From Candidatus Micrarchaeota archaeon (GTDB lineage: Archaea > Iainarchaeota > Iainarchaeia > JAADDC01): 55,903 nucleotides of DNA. The position numbers and the translations under genes were made by a program. The notes below the pieces were generated by a model, which made no database searches, was not told where the DNA came from, and saw only the letters and a program-made list of their open reading frames with translations. Where the stretch lies: NCBI GenBank assembly GCA_027046625.1, contig JALTXX010000007.1, positions 1 through 55,903 on the forward strand, written 5' to 3'. Shown here piece by piece: positions 37,721 through 48,026 of the stretch (its first letter is position 1; the number at the start of each line of letters is the position of its first letter).

Positions 37721-39025
37721 ATGGAGTACCTCTTCAACCCAAGAACTATAGGAGTAATAGGGGTATCCCACAACCCAAGAAAGGTGGGGAGGGTAATATT
37801 TAGGAATCTTATACACTCCTTCCCAGGAAATGTTTACGGCATCAACAAAAAGGGCGGAGAAGTAGAGGGAAGAAAGCTCTATACATCCATAGAAGAGCTT
37901 CCGGAACTTCCAGACCTTGTAGTGGTTGCAATTCCCGCAGAGCCAGCGGTAGAAGAAATAGAAAGGTGTTATTCTGTGGGAATAAGGAACTTCATCCTTA
38001 TCTCGGGAGGGTTTGGAGAGAGTGGGAGGGAGGATCTAGATGAGAGATTAAAGAGGCTTGACATAAACCTTATTGGGCCCAACTGTATAGGAGTGTATAA
38101 ACCATCCATGAATGCCACGTTTTTATCCAAGAGTAGGATGGATCTGCCGCTGGAGGGAGACGTGGGAATCATATCCCAATCAGGAGCTATGTTGGCATCA
38201 ATGTTGGATATACTCTCAGGCAAGAGAGGGGTTAGCCTTGCAGTATCCTTGGGAAACAAGCTAATAATTGATGAGGTGGATGTGTTAGCCTATATGGAAA
38301 GAGACCCATCCATTAACGTTATCCTCCTCTACCTAGAGGATACTAGGAGGGGGAGGGAACTATTTAATGTGCTTAGGAGGATAACTCCCTCCAAACCAGT
38401 TCTAATACTAAAGGGAGGGAAGACAGAAACAGGTAGAAGAGCAGCATCCACCCACACAGAGGCTATGATGGGGTCCTATGATGTGTTTAAGGGGATGTTA
38501 AAGCAGGCGGGAGCTATAGAGGTATCATCCTTTGAGGAGATGATAAATGTGCTTTTAGCACTAGAACAACCACTTCCAAAGGGGAGAAGGTTACTTATCA
38601 TAACAAATGGGGGAGGATATGGAGTAATAGCCTCAGATATGGCAGAGAGGATGGGATTTGAGTTGCCACCCTATAGAAAGAGGCTAAACCTTCCAGAGCG
38701 CGTATCTCTAGGAAATCCTGTAGATTTAACGGGAGATGCACCCCCAGAATGGTTCGAGGAGGTAATAAATAACGCAGAAGGGTATCATCAAATACTTGTT
38801 ATACTTACACCCCAGTTAGAGGGAGTGGACCCAACATTAGTGGAGGTGCTTAGAGAGTCACCTCTCCCCTTGTATACCTTCATACCTGGAGGAAGGTATG
38901 CCTCATACTTAAGGGAAACCATGATAAAGAATGGCATACCATCCTTTTACAGTGTGGAAGATGCACTAAGGGCAATGCAAAAGATTACCCGCTACTCACT
39001 GAAACGTCTCATAAATGCGAAGTAG
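37721..39025 (+). CDS. acdA: ADP-forming acetate-CoA ligase, alpha subunit
   Basis: LFNPR.I.VIG.S, GGFGE, IGPNCIG, SQSGA, LGNK, phospho-His AASTHT, TNGGG.G, NPVDLTGDA; start trimmed to MEYLF. Confidence 0.92.
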   Translation: MEYLFNPRTIGVIGVSHNPRKVGRVIFRNLIHSFPGNVYGINKKGGEVEGRKLYTSIEELPELPDLVVVAIPAEPAVEEIERCYSVGIRNFILISGGFGESGREDLDERLKRLDINLIGPNCIGVYKPSMNATFLSKSRMDLPLEGDVGIISQSGAMLASMLDILSGKRGVSLAVSLGNKLIIDEVDVLAYMERDPSINVILLYLEDTRRGRELFNVLRRITPSKPVLILKGGKTETGRRAASTHTEAMMGSYDVFKGMLKQAGAIEVSSFEEMINVLLALEQPLPKGRRLLIITNGGGYGVIASDMAERMGFELPPYRKRLNLPERVSLGNPVDLTGDAPPEWFEEVINNAEGYHQILVILTPQLEGVDPTLVEVLRESPLPLYTFIPGGRYASYLRETMIKNGIPSFYSVEDALRAMQKITRYSLKRLINAK

Positions 39026-40066
39026 CTCGTTAATTCTTACAATTCTAATACCTGCGGCTCCAATCTTTGCAAAGTCCGCCCCCATAGCTACTGCAAAGTG
39101 TGAGAGGAACTCATCCTCCGTTTCTCCGCTTCTGTGGGAGACAATGATCTTCATACCAAGGGATTTGGCCTTTTTTACAGTTTCTACCGTCTCAAGGATG
39201 CTGCCTCTCTGGTTGTATTTTATAATGATTCCTCCGATTCCTCTTCTAAGCCTTTTCTCATGGGTGGAGAACAGATCGTCCCCTACTATTATGGCATCCA
39301 CTCTCCTCTGAAGTTTTAGAAATGTGTCAAAATCGTCCTCATGAAAGGGATCCTCCACATAGGATAGCCCATAATCCTTTATAATGGCCTCCATATAATC
39401 CAGCTGACTATCTGTATCCCTCACAACACCCTCCCTTTCCCAGTAGTATACACCGTCCCTAAACATCTCTCCGGCTGCCACGTCTATACCCTTCCCCACT
39501 TTATACCTATTTAACAGCCCTAGAATCTCCTCTGTGCGCATAGGAAGGCTTTTTGCCGACTCAAGGGTGAGGCAGGATCCCTCTATCTCTCTGTAAATGG
39601 ATGCAAGGTAAAAAAAGTCTCTATCATAGATGAGAAACTCCTGGATATCTGTGTACCCTCCGTGTTTACCTCCCCCTATTACGTTCTCTAGGGGGATAGG
39701 GAGGGAGGGCTTTGTTCCAAACCGGGAGGATAGATACTTCCAAAGAGGTTCACCTATATCTTTCGCATCTGCCTTGTAGAGTGCTATAGAGAGGGAAAGC
39801 AAGCCGTTACCTCCCAGTTTATCCCTCTTCTCGATGAGCTCCTCCTCCACCTCGAGAGGATCTATGTCACCCCTAAGGGAGGATAGAATACGCTTTAACT
39901 CCTTTATACTTTCTTCTATACCGCCTTTCGGATAGGGGGAAACCTCATACTTGCTCCTTGACGTTCCAGAAGGAGCACTTCCTCTTACACCATTTATCTC
40001 CACCTCTATTGCCTCTTCTCCTTTGGAGTTCAGGATCTTCCTCACCTTCCACTTTCTTACCCTCAT
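38996..40066 (-). CDS. eno: Enolase (short, divergent)
   Basis: APSG.S, GG.H, QEF, D.AA, EDPF, VGDDLF, K.NQ.G, SHRSGETED; start trimmed to ATG 40066. Confidence 0.9.
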   Translation of the reverse strand: MRVRKWKVRKILNSKGEEAIEVEINGVRGSAPSGTSRSKYEVSPYPKGGIEESIKELKRILSSLRGDIDPLEVEEELIEKRDKLGGNGLLSLSIALYKADAKDIGEPLWKYLSSRFGTKPSLPIPLENVIGGGKHGGYTDIQEFLIYDRDFFYLASIYREIEGSCLTLESAKSLPMRTEEILGLLNRYKVGKGIDVAAGEMFRDGVYYWEREGVVRDTDSQLDYMEAIIKDYGLSYVEDPFHEDDFDTFLKLQRRVDAIIVGDDLFSTHEKRLRRGIGGIIIKYNQRGSILETVETVKKAKSLGMKIIVSHRSGETEDEFLSHFAVAMGADFAKIGAAGIRIVRINELLRIYETFQ

Positions 40067-40097
40067 GAATAAAGTTACTTTATCACCCAATATAACC

Positions 40098-40442
40098 ATG
40101 CACCTTTGGATACCCCTAAGAATGGTGGAGGAGATGGAGGGAAGGGTTGTGGTGTGGGGAGTGGTGGTGAGGAAGTTTGTAGGAGAGAAAAGTATTATGC
40201 TTATTCTTGATGATTTTACAGATACTGCGGTGGTCATAACCTCTCCAGAAACAGAGGTGGAAGAGGGAGATGTGGTGAGAATTATAGGAAGGATAAGAAG
40301 TGGAGAAAAAGGGAAGCGTATCTTTGCAGATGTTATAAAAAAGATAGATACGGAGGAGGAGTTGATACATAGATTAAAGAACCTTCAAACCTTTAAGCGT
40401 CTGCTGGAGGGGGAAGAGGTACAGGTTGTGGATTTAAAATGA
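40098..40442 (+). CDS. OB-fold protein, RPA32-like
   Basis: V.VWGVVV, LDDFT, GDVVRIIG.I pattern. Confidence 0.75.
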   Translation: MHLWIPLRMVEEMEGRVVVWGVVVRKFVGEKSIMLILDDFTDTAVVITSPETEVEEGDVVRIIGRIRSGEKGKRIFADVIKKIDTEEELIHRLKNLQTFKRLLEGEEVQVVDLK

Positions 40443-40463
40443 GTTGGGTACATCACCCTTTCT

Positions 40464-40871
40464 GTGATGGGCTACGAGGAGCTCCTTGAACGCGCATATA
40501 AGCTACTTCCAAAGAAGGTGATGGAACCCAGTAGGTTTGAGATGCCAAAGGTGAAGGTAGAATACCACGGAAAGGCAACCCTTATTACGAACTTTAAGGC
40601 TATTGCCTCCCAGCTAAGGAGAGATGTGAAGCACCTTGCCCGCTTCTTCTCCAAAGAGTTTGCCACCTCCGTTTCCATAGAAGGAGAGCGGCTGAGGCTA
40701 AAGGGAAGGATAGGCATCTCTGCCCTTCAGAAGAAGCTAGAAGACTACGTAAATACATATGTACTGTGTCCCATGTGTAAAAAGCCAGATACACACTTTA
40801 CGGAGATGTACGGGGTTACAGTGTTAAAATGTGAAGCTTGTGGTGCCATTAATCCGGTTCCGGAGTTGTGA
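40464..40871 (+). CDS. eif2b: Translation initiation factor 2 beta
   Basis: YEELL.RAY, RFE.P, NF..I, YVLCP.C.KPDT, CEACGA. Confidence 0.96.
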   Translation: MMGYEELLERAYKLLPKKVMEPSRFEMPKVKVEYHGKATLITNFKAIASQLRRDVKHLARFFSKEFATSVSIEGERLRLKGRIGISALQKKLEDYVNTYVLCPMCKKPDTHFTEMYGVTVLKCEACGAINPVPEL

Positions 40872-41161
40872 GAATGTTTAGTTACAAGGTTATTCGCACT
40901 CCGGAGGTGACTCTAATAAATATATGTGATGAGGAACTGTTAGGAAGGGAGTTCAGAGAGGGAGACATAGTTCTGAGAATAACACAGTCCTTTTATGGGG
41001 GAGAGAAGACCAAAAATATAGAGGGACTTCTTAGAGAGGGAGACATCATCTCCCTTGTAGGGGAGCGTGCCATCTCCACCGCAGTAGCATTGGGATACGT
41101 AAAGTGGAATGCGGTAAAGAGAGTAGATGGCATCCCCTTTGTAAACATCTATAAGTTATAA
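40868..41161 (+). CDS. DUF424 family protein
   Basis: CDEELLG..F.EG, FYGG, LVGE..I..A...G, V..VDGIP. Confidence 0.85.
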   Translation: MRMFSYKVIRTPEVTLINICDEELLGREFREGDIVLRITQSFYGGEKTKNIEGLLREGDIISLVGERAISTAVALGYVKWNAVKRVDGIPFVNIYKL

Positions 41162-41186
41162 ACCCTTGGCCCCATTAGTTGAAGAG

Positions 41187-41504
41187 ATGGAACAGGAGAT
41201 TGATGTAAGGAAGATTAGGAAGCCAGACCCTTCACAGGAAGAGATGTTCGCTATAGTAGACCAAAAACTAGGAGGTAACCACGTACATGTAATATGTGAG
41301 GACGGAAAGGAAAGATTGGGGAGGATTCCTGGGAGATTTAGGAAAAGAGTGTGGATTAACGTGGGAGACGTTGTTATATGCAAACTGTGGGAGTACAGAA
41401 AGGACAGGTGCGATATTGTTCATAAGTACACCAAGACAGAGGCAGAAAAACTACGCCAGGAAGGCTATCTAAAAGGGCTTGAAGAGTGGTTGGATATGCT
41501 ATGA
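41187..41504 (+). CDS. eif1a: Translation initiation factor 1A
   Basis: LGG, C.DG..R..RIPG, WI..GD.V; ATG about 25 nt after TTATAAA. Confidence 0.95.
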   Translation: MEQEIDVRKIRKPDPSQEEMFAIVDQKLGGNHVHVICEDGKERLGRIPGRFRKRVWINVGDVVICKLWEYRKDRCDIVHKYTKTEAEKLRQEGYLKGLEEWLDML

Positions 41505-42256
41505 GGCTGGAAGAGTATGAAGAATTGGTTGGACGGTTATTGGAAGGTATAAGGGATGCAGATACAAGAAAGGCATATAATGAGGTGTTTGATGCAGACA
41601 CTGTCAGAACCCTTCTAAAACTCAGGGATGCGGGATACTTCAAGGAATTGGGGGGAGTTATTTCTACAGGGAAGGAAGCTAACGTATTTTATGCATATGA
41701 TAGGGGTGGAGAACCCCTAGCAGTAAAAATATACCGTATAAACACCACGGAATTTAGACATATGTGGAAATACCTGGAGGGAGATCCAAGAATAAGGATT
41801 GAAAGACGTAATAGAAGAAGTATTATCTTTACGTGGGCAAGGAGAGAGTTCAAAAACCTATCTCAAGCCCTAAATAACGGAGTAAACGTGCCTACTCCTC
41901 TTGTTCATAGAAAGAACATACTTATCATGGAATACATAGGAGATGAGGAGCCAGCGCCCCTCCTAAAAGATAAATATCCAGAGAGGGCGGAGCAGTTCAG
42001 AAACGAGCTACTACAATCCCTAAAGAACCTGTACTTCTCTGCTGAAATTGTACATGCAGACTTAAGTGAGTATAACATACTAAACTTTAGAGATATTCCA
42101 TATATTATCGATATGGGCCAATCAGTTGGATGGGATCACCCCTTTGCCTATGAATTCTTTAGAAGAGACATGGAACAGCTATCAAAAATACTTAGAAAGC
42201 TTGGGATGAGTGTTCACACATCATACGACGCAGAGAAGTTGCTGAGAGAAATGTGA
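41501..42256 (+). CDS. rio1: RIO1 serine protein kinase
   Basis: STGKEANVF, AVKIY, VHADLSEYNIL, IDMGQ. Confidence 0.95.
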   Translation: MRLEEYEELVGRLLEGIRDADTRKAYNEVFDADTVRTLLKLRDAGYFKELGGVISTGKEANVFYAYDRGGEPLAVKIYRINTTEFRHMWKYLEGDPRIRIERRNRRSIIFTWARREFKNLSQALNNGVNVPTPLVHRKNILIMEYIGDEEPAPLLKDKYPERAEQFRNELLQSLKNLYFSAEIVHADLSEYNILNFRDIPYIIDMGQSVGWDHPFAYEFFRRDMEQLSKILRKLGMSVHTSYDAEKLLREM

Positions 42257-42331
<75 letters not shown>

Positions 42332-42427
42332 TCCATATGGGATTCCGCCCCTATTACTTCGACTGGCAGCCTCCTATTAACAACGTCCCAATAGATTTAT
42401 ATTCTATGCTTGGCCCAATCATGGGTG

Positions 42428-43378
42428 ATGGAGGAACTTGTTGAACTTGCAAGAAAGATAGAGGGAAGGAAGATTCTGCTCCAGGTACCCGAAGGACTGA
42501 AGCACCATGTAGATGAAATGGTGGATGTTCTAACAAAGATGGGAAAAGAAGTATTTGTAGATATAGATCCTACCTATGGTTCCTGCGATATTAGGGTTAA
42601 TGAGGCAAAGCAGGTAGGTGCTGATGTTATTATACACGTTGGTCATGCTCCCATGCTAAAGCTGCCAAATGTATACTATGCGTACTGGAAGAAGGGAGCA
42701 AATGTAGATGCAATAAGGGAGACTGTAAAACAGCTTGTAAAGGATAGGATAGCATGTTTGGTGTCGTCTGTAAACTATGCGTGGATTTTAGATCACCTAA
42801 GGGATATTAGGGGTGTAAAAATAGGAAAGGGAGGGTGGAGGATTCCTGTGGAAGGTGCGGTGGTGGGATGTGATACCACAGCTTGCAATGTGGATGCTGA
42901 TATAAACATCTTTGTGGGGGACGGATACTTCCACCCTCTTGCTGTATGGGTGAACACAAGGAGGAGAACATTCCTCGTGTATCCTGACGGGAGGTTTGAG
43001 GAGGTAAGTTTTGAGGGTGTTATCAGGAAGAGACTTGCTATTATAGGATCCGTAGAGGGTAGAAGGGTGGGCATTATTGTTTCCTCAAAGTATGGGCAGA
43101 ATAGAAGGGAGTTGGCAGAGGAGCTTTACCATCTATCTAAGAAGCGTGGATACACTCCATCCCTCTATGTTTCAGACTATTTGGAGCCCTCCTACCTCAT
43201 GGGGCTAAGGGATGACTTCTTTGTGTATACTGGGTGCCCAAGGGTGCCTATAGATGATATGGAAAGGTACGATAAGCCCATTCTAACACCAGAGGAGTTT
43301 CTGTACAAACTGGGTGTATTGAAGGAGTATAGAATAGGATGGATTACACGGGTTCCGCCACAAGGTGACGAGGCGTAA
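42428..43378 (+). CDS. dph2: Diphthamide biosynthesis enzyme Dph2
   Basis: LQ.PEGL, YG.CD, H.GH, VGCD, G.FH, K.GQ, CPR...DD. Confidence 0.92.
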   Translation: MEELVELARKIEGRKILLQVPEGLKHHVDEMVDVLTKMGKEVFVDIDPTYGSCDIRVNEAKQVGADVIIHVGHAPMLKLPNVYYAYWKKGANVDAIRETVKQLVKDRIACLVSSVNYAWILDHLRDIRGVKIGKGGWRIPVEGAVVGCDTTACNVDADINIFVGDGYFHPLAVWVNTRRRTFLVYPDGRFEEVSFEGVIRKRLAIIGSVEGRRVGIIVSSKYGQNRRELAEELYHLSKKRGYTPSLYVSDYLEPSYLMGLRDDFFVYTGCPRVPIDDMERYDKPILTPEEFLYKLGVLKEYRIGWITRVPPQGDEA

Positions 43379-44570
43379 CCTCCCTAATCTTTACGTTGGC
43401 AAAGCTTCCAATCTCTCCCCCCTTAACCATTACAAGCCTATAGTTCTGCATCCTCGCCCTGTTCCATCTACTCTTCTCAGTTATGAGTACCTTCACCTCC
43501 TTTCCCAGAAGGGGTGAATAACGTTTCATAGAAACCCTCTCATGTACCTCTGTAATGATCTTGGACCTCCTCTTTTTCTCGTTCGATGAAACCTGGCCCC
43601 TGAAGGAGGCAGCAGGGGTGTTTATTCTTGGAGAAAAACGGGATATGTTCACCACATCTATTTCCAGCTCCTCGATGAGTCTTACAGTATCCAGAAAGGC
43701 CTCCCAGTCCTCTCCAGGGAATCCCACAATGACATCTGTTTCTATGAGCGCAGATGGATAATACTTTCTTATTTTCTTTACTAACTCTCTGAACTCCTCC
43801 GAGGTGTATTTTCTTCCCATGAGCGAAAGAATTCTATCATTTCCTGACTGTACAGGCAGATGGAAGAAGGTGAACAGTCGTTCATCCCTAAACAGTTCAA
43901 GGTACCCCTCATCTATGAGTGCAATAGCATGCTCGGGGCTCATCATCCCTACTCTTATCCTGTAATCACCTTCTACCCTATCAAGAATATTGTTTAACAA
44001 CTCTACAAGGGATGTTCCTATATCCCTCCCATAGGTGCCTGTATCTTGGCCTGTAAGTCTAATTTCCTTTGCTCCACCTATTACGGCCTGCTCTATTTCC
44101 TTTATGATGGACTCTGGAGGGAAGGATGTTGTCCTTCCTCTTGCAAAACGGGTGGCACAGAAAGTACAAGCACTAAGGCATCCCTCCTCTATGAATACAG
44201 AGTGATACACACTGCCTTTATACTCCCTGCCAGTCTTTATGGAAGGTATCTCTATACCCAGTACTTTACTTAGCTCCCTGTACTTTCTTGGCCCGAAAAT
44301 GTGTTTTACGCCTAGTTCTCTAATTCTATCAGGATTTACATCGGCTAAACATCCTACAACAACAAGTTTGTCCTTTGGGAGTTTCCTTATGCGGGATATC
44401 ATATGCTCTTCAGTTTTTGTTTTGACTGCACAAGTGTTTAGAAGCACCAGCTCCGCATCGTGGGGAGAGTATACTCTCCTATAGCCTGCCCTTTCCAGGG
44501 CGGAAGAAAGTATCTCCCCATCCACCTGATTGGCTGTACATCCATAGGATTCTATGTAGTAGGTCTTCAC
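43344..44570 (-). CDS. mtaB: tRNA methylthiotransferase (MiaB-like, archaeal e-MtaB type radical SAM)
   Basis: YGC..N, NTCAVK, GC; CLSACTFC; HLPVQSG; IVGFPGE; C-terminal TRAM; start trimmed to GTG 44570. Confidence 0.9.
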   Translation of the reverse strand: MKTYYIESYGCTANQVDGEILSSALERAGYRRVYSPHDAELVLLNTCAVKTKTEEHMISRIRKLPKDKLVVVGCLADVNPDRIRELGVKHIFGPRKYRELSKVLGIEIPSIKTGREYKGSVYHSVFIEEGCLSACTFCATRFARGRTTSFPPESIIKEIEQAVIGGAKEIRLTGQDTGTYGRDIGTSLVELLNNILDRVEGDYRIRVGMMSPEHAIALIDEGYLELFRDERLFTFFHLPVQSGNDRILSLMGRKYTSEEFRELVKKIRKYYPSALIETDVIVGFPGEDWEAFLDTVRLIEELEIDVVNISRFSPRINTPAASFRGQVSSNEKKRRSKIITEVHERVSMKRYSPLLGKEVKVLITEKSRWNRARMQNYRLVMVKGGEIGSFANVKIREVTPRHLVAEPV

Positions 44571-44592
44571 ACTGTTAAGAGAAACGATACCT

Positions 44593-45630
44593 TTATTTTT
44601 CTCTCGCCACAATGTAATGGGCTAGCTGCCTGAACAGCTCTCTATAGTCATCCTTTATATTTAGCCTTTCTAGCGCTTCAAGGGATTTGTTTAGGTAATC
44701 CTCAGCCATGATGTTTGCATACTCCAACGCTCCACTTCTTCTCATAATATTTCTTACTTCTTCAACTTCCTCCTCTGTAGAATCCTCCCTCCCTATTACA
44801 TTCTCAAGGAATGCTCTATCCTCTCTGCTTGAGTGGTTCCATGCATACCAGAGGAGAAGAGTTCGCTTCCCCTCCTTTATGTCAGAGTCTGCAGGCTTAC
44901 CTGTTACATTTGGATCCCCAAATACACCCAGAATATCGTCCTTTATCTGGAAGGCTATCCCCAAATTTAGAGCAAACTCCTTGAACGTATCTTCCTGTTC
45001 CCCGGCAAGTATAGCTCCTATTCCTAGGGGTCCATAGAAGGAATAGTATGCTGTTTTGTAGAGATATATGTTGAGTATATCCTTTTCAGAGACTGCGCTT
45101 ATGGGTGTGAAAGAGAGGGATACGTCAAGTACTTGACCTCTGTTGGTGTATTCATCTATCTTGGAAAGGAAAGAGACAATCTTCCACTTTGTCTTGTCTG
45201 GAATGTCAATGTCCTCCAGCAACCCCACCATACGGGCCCTTACTATATCTCCTGCCAATATGGCAAGGGAAAATGCCTGATGGGTCGAGACAACACCTGG
45301 AACTCTCTCCTCTAGGGCCCTCCAAACAGTAGGCTGACCCCTTCTTATCTCATCTCTATCTATTATGTCATCGTGTATAAGCAGATATGCATGTAGAAAT
45401 TCCAGCAATCCAGAGACCTCTATCACGCTGGTGTCTGCCTCCTTTCCTGTAATGGACTCATAGGCCATAATAGCTATGATGGGGCGCAGTCTCTTTCCTG
45501 GAGAAAGAATGAAGCGGGCACTTTCCTTGTATATTATGTTATTAAATCTGTCCAATTCCTCTTCATCCATTGTTCTGGATAGAAATGCCTCTACTTTGGG
45601 CCTGTACTTTTCTACAAATGACTTTAGCAT
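44593..45630 (-). CDS. idsA: Polyprenyl diphosphate (GGPP-type) synthase, paralog 2
   Basis: GKRLRP, HDDIID..RRG, GQ, KT, FQIKDD, SD.KEGK. Confidence 0.92.
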   Translation of the reverse strand: MLKSFVEKYRPKVEAFLSRTMDEEELDRFNNIIYKESARFILSPGKRLRPIIAIMAYESITGKEADTSVIEVSGLLEFLHAYLLIHDDIIDRDEIRRGQPTVWRALEERVPGVVSTHQAFSLAILAGDIVRARMVGLLEDIDIPDKTKWKIVSFLSKIDEYTNRGQVLDVSLSFTPISAVSEKDILNIYLYKTAYYSFYGPLGIGAILAGEQEDTFKEFALNLGIAFQIKDDILGVFGDPNVTGKPADSDIKEGKRTLLLWYAWNHSSREDRAFLENVIGREDSTEEEVEEVRNIMRRSGALEYANIMAEDYLNKSLEALERLNIKDDYRELFRQLAHYIVAREK

Positions 45631-45669
45631 GGGGAGATGGATGTGGAGAATACTTTTTAACACACTATG

Positions 45670-46572
45670 CTAATGTCGACGTATGACGTATCTTCCTTCC
45701 GAGAGAAGGGAGAGGATGCTTTCAAGTATCATTCTTGCAACCCTTCGTGTGTTTACATTTTTACATCCTATTGCATGGGGGTGCCCTCCGCATCCCTTGG
45801 GGGCGAGGGTGGTGAGATCCACCTTCCTATGGAGAGAGGGCCCCACTCTGGCACTAATAAGCTTAGAGGAATACACCACAGCAACATCTGCACCCATTTC
45901 AATGAGCGCAGATGCAGAGCTACCTTCATAACTTCCTACATGAGACAGAACAGCCACATAATCGTTTACAGACCATATTTCTCCCCTTTTTAAGGCCTTT
46001 AGCCGTGCAATCTTCTCGGATAGGGGCTCTTTCCCTATGATAGAAAGTATATAGGAGGGGGTCTTGTCCTCCAATAGTTTGGAGAGGATGGAAAGCGTCT
46101 CTCCCTTTGCATTTTTAAGGAAAAAGGTGTCGTAAATGATGCCAGCCGCGAGTGCTATCTTTTCTTTAGGAGAAAAACCACCCCTCTCAAAGAGGCGGTA
46201 TACAATCTCAGCGGATGAGCTGAAGTTTTCTCCCCCTATGAGGATACCGTTTATTTTGTTCTTGTGGTGATCGATAACGATTACCTTTCTCGCCTTTTCT
46301 ATATCAATGGAAGGTACCATCTCCCTTGAAGACACATCCACAAGAATAACATCCCTACCTTCTACGTGGGGAGAAAGTTCATATTCTGTATCTAAAAATC
46401 TAATAAGGGATCTTCCCTCCCTTGAGAGGCTCCCATCAAAGGATGGTATAGTATTTAGTCGTCTTGCAACGACGTAAGCAGAACCCACTGCATCTGGATC
46501 TGCGTGGGTGTGCCCCACAACAACAGGGTCCTTTAGCTTGAGCAGGATACTATTGTCCAGCAGGTGGACCAC
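45670..46572 (-). CDS. DHH/DHHA1 phosphoesterase
   Basis: H..ADPDA, LVD, IDHH, GI..DT, GGHP.A.G. Confidence 0.9.
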   Translation of the reverse strand: MVHLLDNSILLKLKDPVVVGHTHADPDAVGSAYVVARRLNTIPSFDGSLSREGRSLIRFLDTEYELSPHVEGRDVILVDVSSREMVPSIDIEKARKVIVIDHHKNKINGILIGGENFSSSAEIVYRLFERGGFSPKEKIALAAGIIYDTFFLKNAKGETLSILSKLLEDKTPSYILSIIGKEPLSEKIARLKALKRGEIWSVNDYVAVLSHVGSYEGSSASALIEMGADVAVVYSSKLISARVGPSLHRKVDLTTLAPKGCGGHPHAIGCKNVNTRRVARMILESILSLLSEGRYVIRRH

Positions 46573-46906
46573 CCTGTGCCTTCAGGGCTGCTTCTATCTT
46601 GTTCTTCAGCTGTAAAAGGGTATTCTGAAGAGCCTCTATTTTCTTCTCAAGGGACCTTATCTTTACGTTGAGCATCTCTTCCCTGTCTTCTAGCCACTTC
46701 TTTACCTCATCCCTATCCTTCTTAATAAGAATTGGTCCCACAAGTCTGTATACATCTCCTTCGCTGTTCTCCAGCTCCTTTTTTGCTTCTTCTATGAGAG
46801 ACAACTCTAACTTCATGGAACCAACCTGGTTTATAAGGGCGTTTAGTTGGTTTTGTAGGGCTTGATACTGCACAAGGTCCTTCTGAACCTCTTCAGGCAG
46901 CTCCAT
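46550..46906 (-). CDS. pfdB: Prefoldin beta subunit
   Basis: Coiled coils flanking VY.LVG.ILI; superoperon position. Confidence 0.92.
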   Translation of the reverse strand: MELPEEVQKDLVQYQALQNQLNALINQVGSMKLELSLIEEAKKELENSEGDVYRLVGPILIKKDRDEVKKWLEDREEMLNVKIRSLEKKIEALQNTLLQLKNKIEAALKAQGGPPAGQ

Positions 46907-46928
46907 GATAGAGTTTGAACCCATCTCA

Positions 46929-47162
46929 TTAAATACTTTCCTCAAGGTGTGAGAGAAGAATAAGCAGTCTGATATACGAGTTTACGGCGGCCCGTAAAGC
47001 GGTAGGATCCTTTGCCTTTATGATGATCTTTCTGTCAGATAGTTCTGCTATAAACCGCTTTGAGTGTCCTATCTCAGGCTCTAGAGCTTTAAATACACTC
47101 TCTGGTCTCTTTAGCTCTTCAAGGATGATTGTTGCCTTAAACGGGTGGGTATCTGATTCCAT
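46929..47162 (-). CDS. pcc1: KEOPS complex subunit Pcc1
   Basis: AL.PE, I.A.D..ALRAAVNSY.RL. Confidence 0.9.
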   Translation of the reverse strand: MESDTHPFKATIILEELKRPESVFKALEPEIGHSKRFIAELSDRKIIIKAKDPTALRAAVNSYIRLLILLSHLEESI

Positions 47163-47620
47163 CCTCTCACCCTAAATAGGGGCCCCACAATGTTTCCATT
47201 GTACATAAATTTTGCTAGTGTTTTTTCCTCCTTTAGGATTACTGGTTCTCCCTCCTTTATGGGCGTCTCGAAGAGCTGCTTGAGGGGAGAATGGTAAGTT
47301 TCTCCTTCCACCAAGAGGAAGTCTCCTTCATGTGAAGAGCAGTTAATTTCTCGGCAGAGGCGGACCCCTGTTATGTATAATTCTATGCTCCACGAAGGCT
47401 CTCTACTTACCTCTATGCCGCGTATAATGGAGGGATTCCCCTTTGTCTCACCCACTATGAGTACCCTAAAGAATCCCTGAGCAAAGGCCAGCTCTACAAT
47501 ATCCATAATGCTACCTTTCCCCCTTGTAACATATCTTGCTCCCGGTATAGCCCTTGCAAGATCTCTAGAGAAGCTCCTTGTTCTTCTGCCTGGTTTTCTG
47601 CTAGTGGTAATGAGTATCAT
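47111..47620 (-). CDS. Brix/Imp4-domain ribosome biogenesis protein
   Basis: ITTSRKP..RTRSF, RGK, E.KGNP. Confidence 0.9.
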   Translation of the reverse strand: MILITTSRKPGRRTRSFSRDLARAIPGARYVTRGKGSIMDIVELAFAQGFFRVLIVGETKGNPSIIRGIEVSREPSWSIELYITGVRLCREINCSSHEGDFLLVEGETYHSPLKQLFETPIKEGEPVILKEEKTLAKFMYNGNIVGPLFRVRGWNQIPTRLRQQSSLKS

Positions 47621-47760
47621 CTTGCCTTTACCACCTTCACCACGGGGGGCCTTGTCTTAAACAGTATCCTACTGCTGCAGTAGGGGCATCTTAGTACTAA
47701 CCCTCCGGCTACATCTACTTTATCAAAGGTTTTCCCACATTTGGGACAGTAGTAGCTCAT
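47617..47760 (-). CDS. rpoP: RNA polymerase subunit P (Rpo12); not in the ORF track
   Basis: Translates [47 protein letters not shown]; ATGA overlaps on both sides. Confidence 0.95.
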   Translation of the reverse strand: MSYYCPKCGKTFDKVDVAGGLVLRCPYCSSRILFKTRPPVVKVVKAR

Positions 47761-48023
47761 GCTCTCACCTTGGACTCGAGGATTCTATCCACCTCTCTCT
47801 TTACTGTGGTGTACGGGATATAAGCTCCTCCTGCAAAGGTGGCACCACATTTCATACACTTCCATATGCCTGCACTCACTCTTTTTACACTTCTGCTTCC
47901 ACACTTGGGGCACCTGTGCTTCTTCTTCTGCTCCTCCTCGATCTTCTTTACCAGATTTCTGATCTTCAACCCGTATCTGGGACCAAACCTACCTGCGATG
48001 CCCACCTTTTTTGTCCTCCCCAT
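47757..48023 (-). CDS. rpl37ae: 50S ribosomal protein eL43 (L37ae)
   Basis: [17 protein letters not shown]4 Zn, AGGAY.P. Confidence 0.97.
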   Translation of the reverse strand: MGRTKKVGIAGRFGPRYGLKIRNLVKKIEEEQKKKHRCPKCGSRSVKRVSAGIWKCMKCGATFAGGAYIPYTTVKREVDRILESKVRA

Positions 48024-48026
48024 AAC

